Positions 1-8,988 are shown, counted from the first letter of the stretch. The stretch is 35,830 bases of DNA from Planctomycetota bacterium (GCA_045863855.1 BTVV01000058.1:1-35830); one strand, 5' to 3'. The notes: generated from the letters alone by a model not told the origin. Program-made: numbers and translations.

Positions 1-196
1 CGCGCATAGCCGCCCGGACACTAAGCACCTGCGTGCAAACATACGCTTTGCAGCATCGATTTATAGCAGTTTTATGGCAGAATCGAATTTTTGCTCGACG
101 TGCGCGAGGTGGTATAGACCGCGTTTTCGTCCTTCTAAGTCCTTAAAGTTCGTTCGAAAAGTTGCCGCACAAGAGCACCTCGCTTCGCATCGTGAA

Positions 197-212
197 TGTT
201 CCACGTGGAACA
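197..212. promoter_or_regulatory. parS: parS centromere-like site (ParB binding)
   Basis: Perfect palindrome TGTTCCACGTGGAACA matching the bacterial parS consensus TGTTNCACGTGNAACA; extends to 20 bp (195-214); lies in non-coding DNA. Confidence 0.85.
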
Positions 213-340
213 TTTGCGTTTTTGTTATGGCCTCCGCACGCCCCGCCCAAGCGCTGTGATAACCGCCCGCCGCCGCGGCGCTGCGCCCGTTCGCAGCCCG
301 TGTCCGGCGGCGTCCCGCCCGCGCTTAGCGCCCGCACGCC

Positions 341-547
341 TCAACGCCCTGCCGCCCGCAACCCCTCCAGCGCCTGCTGATACGCCGAGTACGCCTGCGC
401 GCCCGCCGCGATACTCTGCCGGCCATCCGACTTTCTCGTCATGACCACGGTGGGAACGGTCTGGACACTCAACCGCGCGCCGCGCGCCACGTCTTTACGC
501 CAAACCGCGACGCGGAAGGTCACGGAAGGATGCGCTTCTTTACCCAT
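341..547 (-). pseudogene. Possible C-terminal fragment of a DsbA/FrnE-type thioredoxin-fold protein (68 aa)
   Basis: KDVARGARLSVQTVPTVVM...AGAQAYSAYQQAL resembles the DsbA-family cis-Pro (VPT) and GAQ segments; no CxxC; in-frame TAA at 590-592 blocks upstream extension. Confidence 0.3.
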
Positions 548-570
548 TTCAAGCCGGGTCAAAAAGAGTT

Positions 571-626
571 GTATACTTAACCGTATACTTTAGGTAACAG
601 TATACAGTTACGGCATACAAGTATAC
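571..626. promoter_or_regulatory. AT-rich GTATAC repeat block, putative multi-site operator
   Basis: GTATAC at 571, 583, 600 and 621, GCATAC at 613; 594-611 is the near-perfect palindrome GTAAC-A-GTATAC-A-GTTAC; about 165 bp upstream of the symporter start. Confidence 0.55.
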
Positions 627-789
627 ACTTAGCGCACGATGCGGAATTGCGATATAGCTTATCAAACCAGGCTCGCAAAACTTCTCACCTCGGCAGCGCC
701 TGTGCTGCACCGAGTGGTCCCGCGCTTCGGGCCATGATCCGCCCGCGCCGTCGGAGTAGACTGCGTCCTGCTCCCTGAGGCGGTCGATC

Positions 790-1785
790 ATGTCCACGCG
801 CGGCGTCTGGCGCATTCTCGCCCAGCATTGGTTCGTCGCGTTGCTGCTCTGCGGCGTAGGCCTCGGCACGTGGTTTCCCGGCCCCGGCCGCTGGGTCGAA
901 GCGCAGCTCAGCACGAAGCCGTTCATCTTCGTTCTGCTCTTCCTCACGGGACTCACCTTCGATACGCGCGAACTCTGGTCGGGGCTGAAAGCTCCGCGCC
1001 CGATGCTGCTCACCTTGGCCGGCACGTATCTGCTGCTCCCGGCGCTTCTCTTTCTCGCGGCGCTCCCCTTCGGCTTGCAAAGCCCGCTCGGCGCGGGACT
1101 GCTGGTGCTCGGCGCGACGCCGACGACACTGGCCAGCGCCGTGGTCTGGACGCGGCTGGCCGGCGGGCACGCGGCGTTGGCGGTCGTGCTGACGGTGCTG
1201 AGCAATACGCTGAACGTGATCCTGGGACCGGCGGTGCTCTACGCGCTGGCGGGGCATCATTTGCAGCAGTCGTTCGGATCCATCGTGCTGAGTCTGCTAC
1301 TGACCGTCCTGCTTCCGGTGGGCCTGGGGCAGGCCGTCCGGCTCAAAGCCGCCGATCTGCTGGCTCGACACGCGCTGTTGCTGAGCGTCTTGCCGAGGTT
1401 GCTCATTTGCGTGGTGGTCGTCATGGCCGCCAGCCGTGCGGCCGCCACCGCCACGGCGGGCGAAGGCCTGAGTCTGGGCCTGGTGCTGCTGCTGATCGCG
1501 CTCTGCGTCGTGGTGCATGCGCTGGCGGTGCTGGGCATGGAAGCCGGTTCGCGCGTGCTGGGCTTACCGCGGGAACACCGCATCGCGGCCGTCTTCATCG
1601 GCGGGCAGAAGACCCTGCCGGTCGGCATTCACATGCTTCAAACCTGCTTTCCCGCTCTGACACTGGGCGTGCTATCGCTCGTCGTTTATCACGCCGTGCA
1701 ACTCATCTTCGATTCGTTTCTGATCGAGCATTACCGCAAACAGGCTGCGCCGGAGAGCGCCCCCGCGGAGCGCGGTCCGGCGTGA
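790..1785 (+). CDS. Bile acid:sodium symporter family (SBF-like/YfeH-type) membrane transporter
   Basis: 331 aa, roughly 9-10 hydrophobic segments; PTTLASAVVWTRLAGG and QKTLPVG motifs typical of the SBF-like family. Confidence 0.85.
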   Translation: MSTRGVWRILAQHWFVALLLCGVGLGTWFPGPGRWVEAQLSTKPFIFVLLFLTGLTFDTRELWSGLKAPRPMLLTLAGTYLLLPALLFLAALPFGLQSPLGAGLLVLGATPTTLASAVVWTRLAGGHAALAVVLTVLSNTLNVILGPAVLYALAGHHLQQSFGSIVLSLLLTVLLPVGLGQAVRLKAADLLARHALLLSVLPRLLICVVVVMAASRAAATATAGEGLSLGLVLLLIALCVVVHALAVLGMEAGSRVLGLPREHRIAAVFIGGQKTLPVGIHMLQTCFPALTLGVLSLVVYHAVQLIFDSFLIEHYRKQAAPESAPAERGPA

Positions 1786-1788
1786 ACG

Positions 1789-2481
1789 TCACTGCGGTTT
1801 GAGCAGCCGGTTGACGAACGACTCGTGGATGCACTCGGCAATGCGGTGCGCGCTGGGCGCGGCGGGCAGTTCGGTCCGCTCGAAATACCCCTGGATGCCG
1901 TTGTATGCCGCGACGTAGCAGAAGGTCCAGGCCTCGAAGTCGAACGCGTCGAGCTGCTCCCGCGTCCAGCCCGATTCCTCTGCGGCGGCGCGGGCCAGGT
2001 TGTGGATCAACCGCGTGCCGTTCTGGCGCCACTGCGCGTTGAGTTGAATGGCCATATTCCGCACCGTGTCCGTGCGGCAGTGGCGCAGGCTGTTCATCAA
2101 GGTGGTGAGCTGGATCATTTCCTTGCCGGTCCAGTTCTTGAAATCGCACAGCGCGCGCAGCCGCTCGCGCGCCGACCCGCCGCCTTCGATGATCTTCAGG
2201 ATCGAGAGATCGAGGTACTTGGAGAGCGAATCGAAGATCTGCTTGAGGCAGTCTTCCTTGTCCTTGAAGTACCAGTAGAACGCGCCCTTCGACTGCCCGG
2301 CCGCGCGCGCGACCTGCTCGACGGTGACCTGATCGTAACCGTGCTGCAGGAAGAGGCTCAGCGCGGCGTTGAGCATCCGCGCGTGCTTGGCCGTGCGCAG
2401 TTCCGGATTGGGCGGCCGCCCGCGCGACCGTCGTCCGGGCTCCGGGCTCGTCGCCCCCGACGCCTGTTCACGAGCATTCAT
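1789..2481 (-). CDS. TetR/AcrR family transcriptional regulator
   Basis: RGRPP...AALSLFLQHGYDQVTVEQVARAAGQSKGAFYWYFKDKEDCL is a canonical TetR N-terminal HTH. Confidence 0.92.
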   Translation of the reverse strand: MNAREQASGATSPEPGRRSRGRPPNPELRTAKHARMLNAALSLFLQHGYDQVTVEQVARAAGQSKGAFYWYFKDKEDCLKQIFDSLSKYLDLSILKIIEGGGSARERLRALCDFKNWTGKEMIQLTTLMNSLRHCRTDTVRNMAIQLNAQWRQNGTRLIHNLARAAAEESGWTREQLDAFDFEAWTFCYVAAYNGIQGYFERTELPAAPSAHRIAECIHESFVNRLLKPQ

Positions 2482-3091
2482 GCGCGCGCCCTCCCAAATG
2501 GAGACGCGACCGCGAAATCGCCGATTGGAGCGTGAACGTCCGCCGAGCAGCGGTGCTGAAATCGAGCAGTGTGCGAAAAATTCGTACCTGCGTGGGCATC
2601 CATCGGATCACCGGGTAACAAAAGCCAAGCGATACACCCAGCACGCCCCCAGTCGCGCTGTGCATATCGTCGATTGCTATAACCCGATTCCCAAGCCCTT
2701 TTTGCCCTTCTCCCCGACTTCCTTTCTATTCCAGGTACAGAATAGCCTATCATCTTATGAAATTCAATTCTTTGGGGCCGATGAAAGGCTTTTGAAGGGG
2801 GCGCTTCACATATGTGCATATGTGCTTCCTTCTAAATTCTGGAACGAGTCAATAGGTGCGTAAGCTTGGAGCAATCTTTATTTCTTATCAGATAAGGACA
2901 AGTGCGTGAAATACATCTAGCGGTTTGCTGAAAACCGGCAACTCTGTTTCAGGCTTCCCGGCAACTTACACTTGCTTACGCTTGTTTTCATAGCCACTTT
3001 CACCGCGCAGGGTTACGCGAATCACCGTAGGGGGATCCTGGACCCGCGTAGGACAACACAAAAGATATCTCTCGTGCTCAAAAAATCACGT

Positions 3092-4006
3092 TTATACGCT
3101 TTTCAGATGCCGGAATCGGCCGGGCGTCGTCTGGGTCCAGGCGCGAAAAACGCGGCAGAAAAAGGGAGCGTCGCGAAAGCCGCAGGCCCTGGCGATCTGC
3201 TCGATACTCAGTTCGCCGGCGCGCAGGAGGTGGCCGGCGCGCTCGATCCGGCGGCGTTGCAGAAATCGAACCGGACTGAGCCCGGTCACTTTACGAAACA
3301 GCTTTCGAAACTGAACCTCGCTGAGATGTACGGTTCTAGCCAGATCCGCGACGCGCAAGTCGGGGTCGGCCCAACGCAGGTCGAGCTGCTGTAGCGCCGG
3401 CCAAAGCCGCGGGCTGCCGGCGGCGTCGTGCGGTTCGAACGCTTCGCCGCACGTGCGCAGGAGCACAAACAGCACGCGTTGTATCTCGGCGAGCATCGCG
3501 GCGCGCCAGCCGGGTGCCTTGAGGCCGAACTCGCGCACCAGCGCATGGCAGGCCGCCGGGACGGGCGAGCCGGGCGGGTGCGCGGTGCAGTGTGGGAAGC
3601 CGGCGAGCGCCAGCAAGTCCAGCCCGCCGAAGACGTGCGCGTAAAAATGGCAGGTGAGCACGTGCATGCCGCGGCTGCCGGGGTCTTGCCGCACCGAATG
3701 TTCGGCGGCTTGCGGGATCAGCATCAGGCGGCCGGGTTCCAGGCGAAAGCGTGGCGCGCCGGCGATCTGGCCCCAGCCGGCGCCTGCTTCGATCCAGAAC
3801 CACATGGCGTCCTGCACCTGCCGAGGGCCTAGCGCCCAATCCTTGGTGCAATGCCATTCGACCGCGGAGACCGGCTGCAGGCGCAGGTGTTCCAGAGCCT
3901 GCGTCCACGGTTCGCCGGGGCCGGCCGGCAGGGCGGAGTAGGGCTCGAAGCTTCCGGCGTCACGGGAGCGTGCGGTGCTCTCGTCGTCCCGAGGAATCGG
4001 CGCCAT
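3092..4006 (-). CDS. AraC family transcriptional regulator (cupin sensor + double HTH)
   Basis: C-terminal VADLARTVHLSEVQFRKLFRKVTGLSP...SIEQIARACGFRDAPFFCRVFR...TPGRFR; start moved to ATG 4006 because the longer ORF overlaps the divergent gene. Confidence 0.9.
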   Translation of the reverse strand: MAPIPRDDESTARSRDAGSFEPYSALPAGPGEPWTQALEHLRLQPVSAVEWHCTKDWALGPRQVQDAMWFWIEAGAGWGQIAGAPRFRLEPGRLMLIPQAAEHSVRQDPGSRGMHVLTCHFYAHVFGGLDLLALAGFPHCTAHPPGSPVPAACHALVREFGLKAPGWRAAMLAEIQRVLFVLLRTCGEAFEPHDAAGSPRLWPALQQLDLRWADPDLRVADLARTVHLSEVQFRKLFRKVTGLSPVRFLQRRRIERAGHLLRAGELSIEQIARACGFRDAPFFCRVFRAWTQTTPGRFRHLKSV

Positions 4007-4117
4007 AGTTTCGAAAAGTACAATAACTTGAGCGCGTTGTCCATAGCGCTCGCTTGGGCCGAAAGGGTATGAATAAGCCAGAATCAGTGCACGAAAGCCC
4101 GATTTAAGGAGCCGCCC

Positions 4118-4936
4118 ATGAAAGTTCTGACGCCCGAGCAAGTCGAATTCTACAACGAGCACGGTTACGTGATCGTGGAAGATTTCCTCAAGCGACCCGC
4201 GCTCGACACGCTTCTAGGCGCCCTGGACCGGCTCGTGGAAGAGAAGGCGCGCGGGCTCGATCAAGACCGCGAGGGATTCAACGTCCAGCGCACTGGCGAC
4301 GAGGCGGGCAACTACGCCAACGATGGGAAACTCGTCCAGCCCGGGCTGCTGCGCAAGATTCAGGAGATCACCAAGTACAGCCCCGAGTTTGCCGCGCTGG
4401 CCGAAAGTCCGGCGCTGCTCGATGTCGTCGAAGACCTGATCGGACCGACGATCTACTACCATTCGAGCAAGATCATGTTCAAGCCGGCGCGCCACGGCAC
4501 GCCGAAGCCATGGCACCAGGACTATGCGTACTGGGCGAGCTTAAAACCCGAACAAGTCACGTGCTGGCTGGCGTTGGACGACGCCACGATCGAGAACGGC
4601 TGCATGCAGGTGATCCCCGGCAGCCACAAGTGGGGGCTGCTGAAGCACGGGCAGAAGGAACTTCAGGTCGACCGGCGCAACCTGCCGCTGGACCGCGTGA
4701 AAGTGGCCGAGATGAAGGCCGGATCGCTGCTGGCTTTCCACGTGCTGACGTTTCACTACAGCGGCGCGAACACTTCGGAGAAAGACCGCCGCTCGTTTAT
4801 CGTCGACTACGATCCGAATCGCCGGCCGGTGAAGGAAGGGTTTGCGGGCGACCGCCTGCTGCGAATCGGCGGGCGCGCTCCGACGCCGGAGCAGATCCAG
4901 GCGGAGCAGCACGCCGTGGCGGCGGTTACGGCGTAG
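4118..4936 (+). CDS. Phytanoyl-CoA dioxygenase (PhyH) family Fe(II)/2-oxoglutarate dioxygenase
   Basis: LTPEQVEFYNEHGYVIVEDF start, PWHQD (HxD), WLALDDATIENGCMQVIPGSH, distal H (FHYSGAN) and R; AAGGAG RBS upstream. Confidence 0.92.
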   Translation: MKVLTPEQVEFYNEHGYVIVEDFLKRPALDTLLGALDRLVEEKARGLDQDREGFNVQRTGDEAGNYANDGKLVQPGLLRKIQEITKYSPEFAALAESPALLDVVEDLIGPTIYYHSSKIMFKPARHGTPKPWHQDYAYWASLKPEQVTCWLALDDATIENGCMQVIPGSHKWGLLKHGQKELQVDRRNLPLDRVKVAEMKAGSLLAFHVLTFHYSGANTSEKDRRSFIVDYDPNRRPVKEGFAGDRLLRIGGRAPTPEQIQAEQHAVAAVTA

Positions 4937-6026
4937 GTGCTCCGCGCCGGGCGTCTTTCCAGCCGCGGTAGAAGCAGACCGCCAGCGTAATCAAGGTCAG
5001 GGGCACGACGTAACCGATCATCACGCGGCTGTAGGCCTGCAAGCCATCGTGCTCCATGGACTTCAGGATCAGGTAAATCGTGTAGGCCGCGTAGTAGGCC
5101 AGGAAGAGCGCGCCTTCCCAGCGCGCGATGGTGTGCCCGGTAAAGAAGATGGGGTAGCACGCCACGCAGACGGCCACCATCACCGGTATATCGAAATGGA
5201 GCGCCGGGGCGGCGACGTTGATGCCTTCGGTCGCCAAGGCCGCACTGAAGCCCATGATACAGAGCACATTGAAGATATTGCTGCCGATGGCGTTTCCGAC
5301 GGCGATATCGCGCTGCCCGCGCAACGTGGCCATCACGGAGGTCGCGACTTCCGGGAGCGAGGTGCCGGCGGCGACGACGGTCAGCGCGATGATCAGGTCG
5401 CTGACCCCCATGGCTTGGGCCATGGCCGTGGCGGAATCGACGATCCAGCGCGCGCCCAGCACCAGAAAGCCCAGCCCCACCGCGATGGAGAGCAGATCGA
5501 AGATCCAAGCGCCGCGCTTCATCGGCGGCGGAGCCGCCGCGCCGGATTCAGGCTTGGGCGTTCCGTTCTGCTGCGACTCCTTGCGGCCCAGGATCACGCT
5601 GAGGGCAACATAGCCGCCCAACAACAGGATGAAGATCAAACCTTCGGCTCGGCTCAGCGAGCCGTCGAGGCTCAGCGCCCAAAAGAGCGCGCAGACCCCG
5701 ATCATCACGGGCACGTCGATGCGGATGAGCTGCCGGTGAACCACGAGCGGCTTGAGCAGCGCCGAGAGTCCGAGGATGCAGAGCACGTTGAAGATGTTGC
5801 TGCCCACCGCGTTGCCGATGGCCAGGTCCGGCTCGCCGCCCGTCGCGGCATTCAGGCTGACGGCCAGTTCGGGAGCGCTGGTGCCGAAGGCCACGACCGT
5901 CAGGCCGATCACCAGGGACGAGACGCCGGCCGCGGCAGCGAGCCTCGACGCGCCCCGCACGAGCAGTTCCGCGCCCAGCACGAGCACGGCGATCCCGCCA
6001 AAGAAGTAGGCCAGTTGGGAAAGCAT
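4926..6026 (-). CDS. Calcium/sodium antiporter (CaCA family, YrbG-like), copy 1
   Basis: Alpha-1 GTSAPE...GSNIFN and alpha-2 GTSLPE...GSNIFN repeats; 366 aa from ATG 6026. Confidence 0.93.
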   Translation of the reverse strand: MLSQLAYFFGGIAVLVLGAELLVRGASRLAAAAGVSSLVIGLTVVAFGTSAPELAVSLNAATGGEPDLAIGNAVGSNIFNVLCILGLSALLKPLVVHRQLIRIDVPVMIGVCALFWALSLDGSLSRAEGLIFILLLGGYVALSVILGRKESQQNGTPKPESGAAAPPPMKRGAWIFDLLSIAVGLGFLVLGARWIVDSATAMAQAMGVSDLIIALTVVAAGTSLPEVATSVMATLRGQRDIAVGNAIGSNIFNVLCIMGFSAALATEGINVAAPALHFDIPVMVAVCVACYPIFFTGHTIARWEGALFLAYYAAYTIYLILKSMEHDGLQAYSRVMIGYVVPLTLITLAVCFYRGWKDARRGAPTP

Positions 6027-6081
6027 GACGCGAAGCGTTGTAGACCGCGGGCGCGCGGATGGCCAGAGCAAGCGAACGAAA

Positions 6082-7185
6082 TCAGACCGATTCCGGGTGG
6101 CGCGCGCGCCAAGCGCGGAAGAAGCAGACGGCCAGCGTGATCGTCGTCAGCGGCGCGGCGAACGCGAGCATGACGAAACTGAAGCCAGGCAGCGCCGCGT
6201 GCTGCGTGGAAAGCAAGATCAAGTACCCCGTATACGCCGCGTAGTAGGCCAGGAAGACCGCGCCTTCCCAGCGCGCGATCAGGTGCCCCGTGAAGAAGAT
6301 GGGAAAGCACGCCACGGCCACCGCCATCATCACCGGAATATCGAAGTTTCGCGCCGCCGACGCGACCTCGACGCCCTGCGGCGAAAGCGCGCAACTTAAT
6401 CCCAGGATGCAGAGCAAATTGAAAATGTTGCTGCCGATCACGTTGCCTACCGCGATGTCGCGCTGCCCGCGGTAGGTGGCCATCACCGAAGTCGCCACCT
6501 CGGGCAGCGACGTGCCGGCGGCGACAATGGTGAGCGCCACGACCAGATCGCTGATGCCTAATGCCTTCGCCATGGACGTCGCCGAGGTCACCAGCCATTG
6601 TGCGCCGAGGATCAGCAGCCCCAGCCCGGCCAGGATGCACAGGCAGTCTATCAGCCAGGAACTCTTCGCGGGCGCGGCCGGCTTCGCGTCGGCGGCGGGA
6701 TCGGCCGGGGCTTCCGCTGCGCCGTTGGCCGCGCCATCCTTGCGGCCTAAGTGAATGCACAGGCCGATGTACGCCAGCAGGAGCAGAGAAAGAAGGATTC
6801 CTTCGATTCGGGAGAGGGTGCCGTTGAGACTTAGGCCCCAAGTCAATCCGGTGACGGCGATCATCACCGGCACGTCGACGCGAACCAACTGCTTATGGAC
6901 CACCAGCGGCGCCACCAGGGCCGAGAGCCCCAGAATGAAGAGCACGTTGAAGATGTTGCTGCCGACCACATTCCCCAGCGCCAAGTTGGGTTGGCCGCTC
7001 AAACTGGCTTTCAGGCTGACGGCCAGTTCCGGCGCGCTGGTACCGAAGGCAACGACGGTAAGCCCCACGACCAGGGCCGAGACGCCCGCCGCCGAGGCCA
7101 GCCGCGAAGCGCCGCGCACGAGCAACTCGGCGCCCACCACCAGCACCGCCAGACCGCCGACGAAATAGAACGCGTTGAGGAGCAT
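6082..7185 (-). CDS. Calcium/sodium antiporter (CaCA family, YrbG-like), copy 2
   Basis: Same GTSAPE/GTSLPE/GSNIFN alpha repeats; 367 aa; clear full-length paralogue of copy 1. Confidence 0.93.
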   Translation of the reverse strand: MLLNAFYFVGGLAVLVVGAELLVRGASRLASAAGVSALVVGLTVVAFGTSAPELAVSLKASLSGQPNLALGNVVGSNIFNVLFILGLSALVAPLVVHKQLVRVDVPVMIAVTGLTWGLSLNGTLSRIEGILLSLLLLAYIGLCIHLGRKDGAANGAAEAPADPAADAKPAAPAKSSWLIDCLCILAGLGLLILGAQWLVTSATSMAKALGISDLVVALTIVAAGTSLPEVATSVMATYRGQRDIAVGNVIGSNIFNLLCILGLSCALSPQGVEVASAARNFDIPVMMAVAVACFPIFFTGHLIARWEGAVFLAYYAAYTGYLILLSTQHAALPGFSFVMLAFAAPLTTITLAVCFFRAWRARHPESV

Positions 7186-7267
7186 GAGCAATCGAACCCG
7201 GATGGGAGCGCCATTAGATAGCCCGCGTTCGGATCGGCCAGTGCAGATTCGGAGGCTTGCAATGCAA

Positions 7268-7291
7268 GCGGGGAACCCGAAGGTTCCCCGC
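7268..7291 (-). terminator. Stem-loop downstream of the second PhyH gene (terminator-like or RNA-stabilising)
   Basis: Perfect 10-bp stem GCGGGGAACC/GGTTCCCCGC with a C(UUCG)G tetraloop on the minus-strand transcript, about 30 nt past the stop; U-tract is weak. Confidence 0.6.
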
Positions 7292-7320
7292 CGCGCGTCC
7301 GATCGAGTGGCCGGATGGCG

Positions 7321-8247
7321 TTAGTAATTCAAGCCGGCTGCGGCCATGGCCATCTTGCGTTTTTCCTGCGGCGCCGTGCGGTGCCACGGGATGCCTTTGG
7401 AGAGTTCCAGCGCTTCGGTCCAAAGCTGGCACCAGCGCTCGTGGCTGGTCAGGACCGAATCGGGCTGTTTTTCACTGTGCGTGACGAAGCAGGGATGGAA
7501 GGGCCGCCCGCTGGGCTGGTGCGTGGGCTGGTAGCGCAGATCGAGGCTCCAGCGAACGCCGTTTGTCATGTTGTCGGTGCTGCGGTGCGGCGTGAAGCGG
7601 CTCATGAAGATGATACCCCCGCGCGGAATCTCGGCGCGCACGGGCTTGGTGGCGGGCATCAGTTCGGGTTTGATGCACGTCCCGCCTTCGGCCATGTGTT
7701 CCAGGTACCCGGTCTTCTGCACCCCGGAAATCACTTCCATGCAGCCGTTGGCGGCAGTGGCGTTCACGAGCGGGAGCCACGAAGTGACGATCTCGCTGGC
7801 GTCGGCTTCTTCCCAAGTGACGGCGGCATCCTGGTGCCACGGCACGTTCATTTTGGCGCCTTCGGAGAGCTTGGCCGCCGGCGGCTTAGCGCGCAGGTGC
7901 TGGATCGGATTGCAGGAAATCTCGGGACCGATCAGGCCGCGCAGCGCCTGCATCAGACGCGGGTTGCGCAGGAAATGGAAGAGTTCCGGAATCCGCGAGT
8001 GCATGATATCCAGACCGCTGCCGATCTCGGGGCATTCGTCGTAGATCCGCGCGAAACGGTGTTCGAAGTCTTCTTTCTCGTAGAGCTGGGTGATCTTGCC
8101 TTCGGCCAGCAGCTTGCGCGCCTTCGCATCGATCCAGGCCGTGATACCGGCTTCCACGGGAGCCAGGTCTTCGTTGCGAAAGAGCCCCTCCACGATGAGG
8201 AATCCGTTCTCCTTAAAGGAATCGAGTTGGGCGGGCGAAAGCTTCAT
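7321..8247 (-). CDS. Phytanoyl-CoA dioxygenase (PhyH) family Fe(II)/2-oxoglutarate dioxygenase
   Basis: LSPAQLDSFKENGFLIVEGL, VPWHQDAA, WLPLVNATAANGCMEV, TPHRS..N....VRWSLDLRY. Confidence 0.92.
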   Translation of the reverse strand: MKLSPAQLDSFKENGFLIVEGLFRNEDLAPVEAGITAWIDAKARKLLAEGKITQLYEKEDFEHRFARIYDECPEIGSGLDIMHSRIPELFHFLRNPRLMQALRGLIGPEISCNPIQHLRAKPPAAKLSEGAKMNVPWHQDAAVTWEEADASEIVTSWLPLVNATAANGCMEVISGVQKTGYLEHMAEGGTCIKPELMPATKPVRAEIPRGGIIFMSRFTPHRSTDNMTNGVRWSLDLRYQPTHQPSGRPFHPCFVTHSEKQPDSVLTSHERWCQLWTEALELSKGIPWHRTAPQEKRKMAMAAAGLNY

Positions 8248-8342
8248 GGCGGGCGTCTCCGGGCCGGTTGGGATGAATCTTCTCCCTAACCGATACCCGG
8301 TGCAGTCCCCGGCCGCCTTGCTTGGGGATGCAAAAGAATTGT

Positions 8343-8933
8343 CTAATCCTGCACGGCCCGCCGCCGCGCCGGGAGCTCCTTCTGCTTTCGTTCGGCGTGC
8401 CGGTAGTGCCGGTTGCGTTCGGCGACCCGCTTGGCGGGGTCCTTGCCCCGGGCCAGCGCCACCAGATCCCGCGTCATCAGGCTGCGGTAGCCCTTGGGCC
8501 CGACCACCACATGGTCGTGGAGCGGGCAGCCCAGACTGGAGCCGGCCTGAGCGACCAGTTCGGTCAGATCGCGGTCCGCGCGGCTCAACCGCAACTGCCC
8601 CGAAGGATGGTTATGGACCAGGAAAACCCCATGGGCTCCGGCGCGCAGCGGAGGTATGAAGATCTCGCCGACCCGGCAGAAGACATGGTCGCTGGCGCCC
8701 ACCGCCAGGAGATCCCAGCGCAGCAAGCGCAATTGGCAGTCCACACTGCCCAGGATCAGGACCTCGCGTTCCAGCGCGGCCAGTCCGCGGAAGAGATCCG
8801 CCACATCCGAGGCGCTGCGCACGACCGGGCAACGGTCCAGCCCCAGCGACTGGCGCAAATCTTCGCCCAGCATGGGCTCCATCCGCGGCGGCTGGTAGTA
8901 TATCGGATTGGAGGAATGGGTCGATTCTGGCAT
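8343..8933 (-). CDS. Stand-alone JAB-domain protein (RadC-like), 196 aa
   Basis: EREVL...VHNHPSGQLRLSRADRDLT...LHDHVVVG carries the RadC/JAB E..HxH..S..D motif; lacks the N-terminal HhH region of chromosomal RadC; GGGAG RBS 7 nt before ATG 8933. Confidence 0.88.
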   Translation of the reverse strand: MPESTHSSNPIYYQPPRMEPMLGEDLRQSLGLDRCPVVRSASDVADLFRGLAALEREVLILGSVDCQLRLLRWDLLAVGASDHVFCRVGEIFIPPLRAGAHGVFLVHNHPSGQLRLSRADRDLTELVAQAGSSLGCPLHDHVVVGPKGYRSLMTRDLVALARGKDPAKRVAERNRHYRHAERKQKELPARRRAVQD

Positions 8934-8973
8934 GCGCGCGCTCCCGGTTGCCGCACTACTTCCATTTGGGAAA

Positions 8974-8988
8974 GCAAGCCACGATCCA
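8974..8988 (-). promoter_or_regulatory. Putative sigma54 (-24/-12) promoter for the JAB gene
   Basis: Minus strand TGGATCGTGGCTTGC has exact GG-N10-GC spacing with TTGC at -12; predicted +1 near 8962, about 30 nt before the start codon. Confidence 0.65.

Noticed and set aside
341..620. Selenocysteine read-through extending the DsbA-like fragment
   Set aside because: The in-frame upstream stop is TAA, not TGA, and the upstream codons are not thioredoxin-like.
571..626. CRISPR array or plasmid iterons
   Set aside because: Units are only 6-8 bp with irregular spacing; no spacers, cas genes or rep gene.
2570..2821. Possible oriC: TGTGCGAAA (2570) and TGTGCATAT (2659, 2813) resemble DnaA boxes near parS
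   Set aside because: Each mismatches the relaxed DnaA box, none is perfect, they are sparse, and no dnaA/dnaN is adjacent.
4118..4936. Calling the first dioxygenase ectD
   Set aside because: It lacks the EctD signature FxWHSDFETWH and no ectABC genes are nearby.
8343..8933. RadC-like gene as the marker of an ICE or prophage
   Set aside because: No integrase, relaxase, att repeats, tRNA or obvious GC shift around it.
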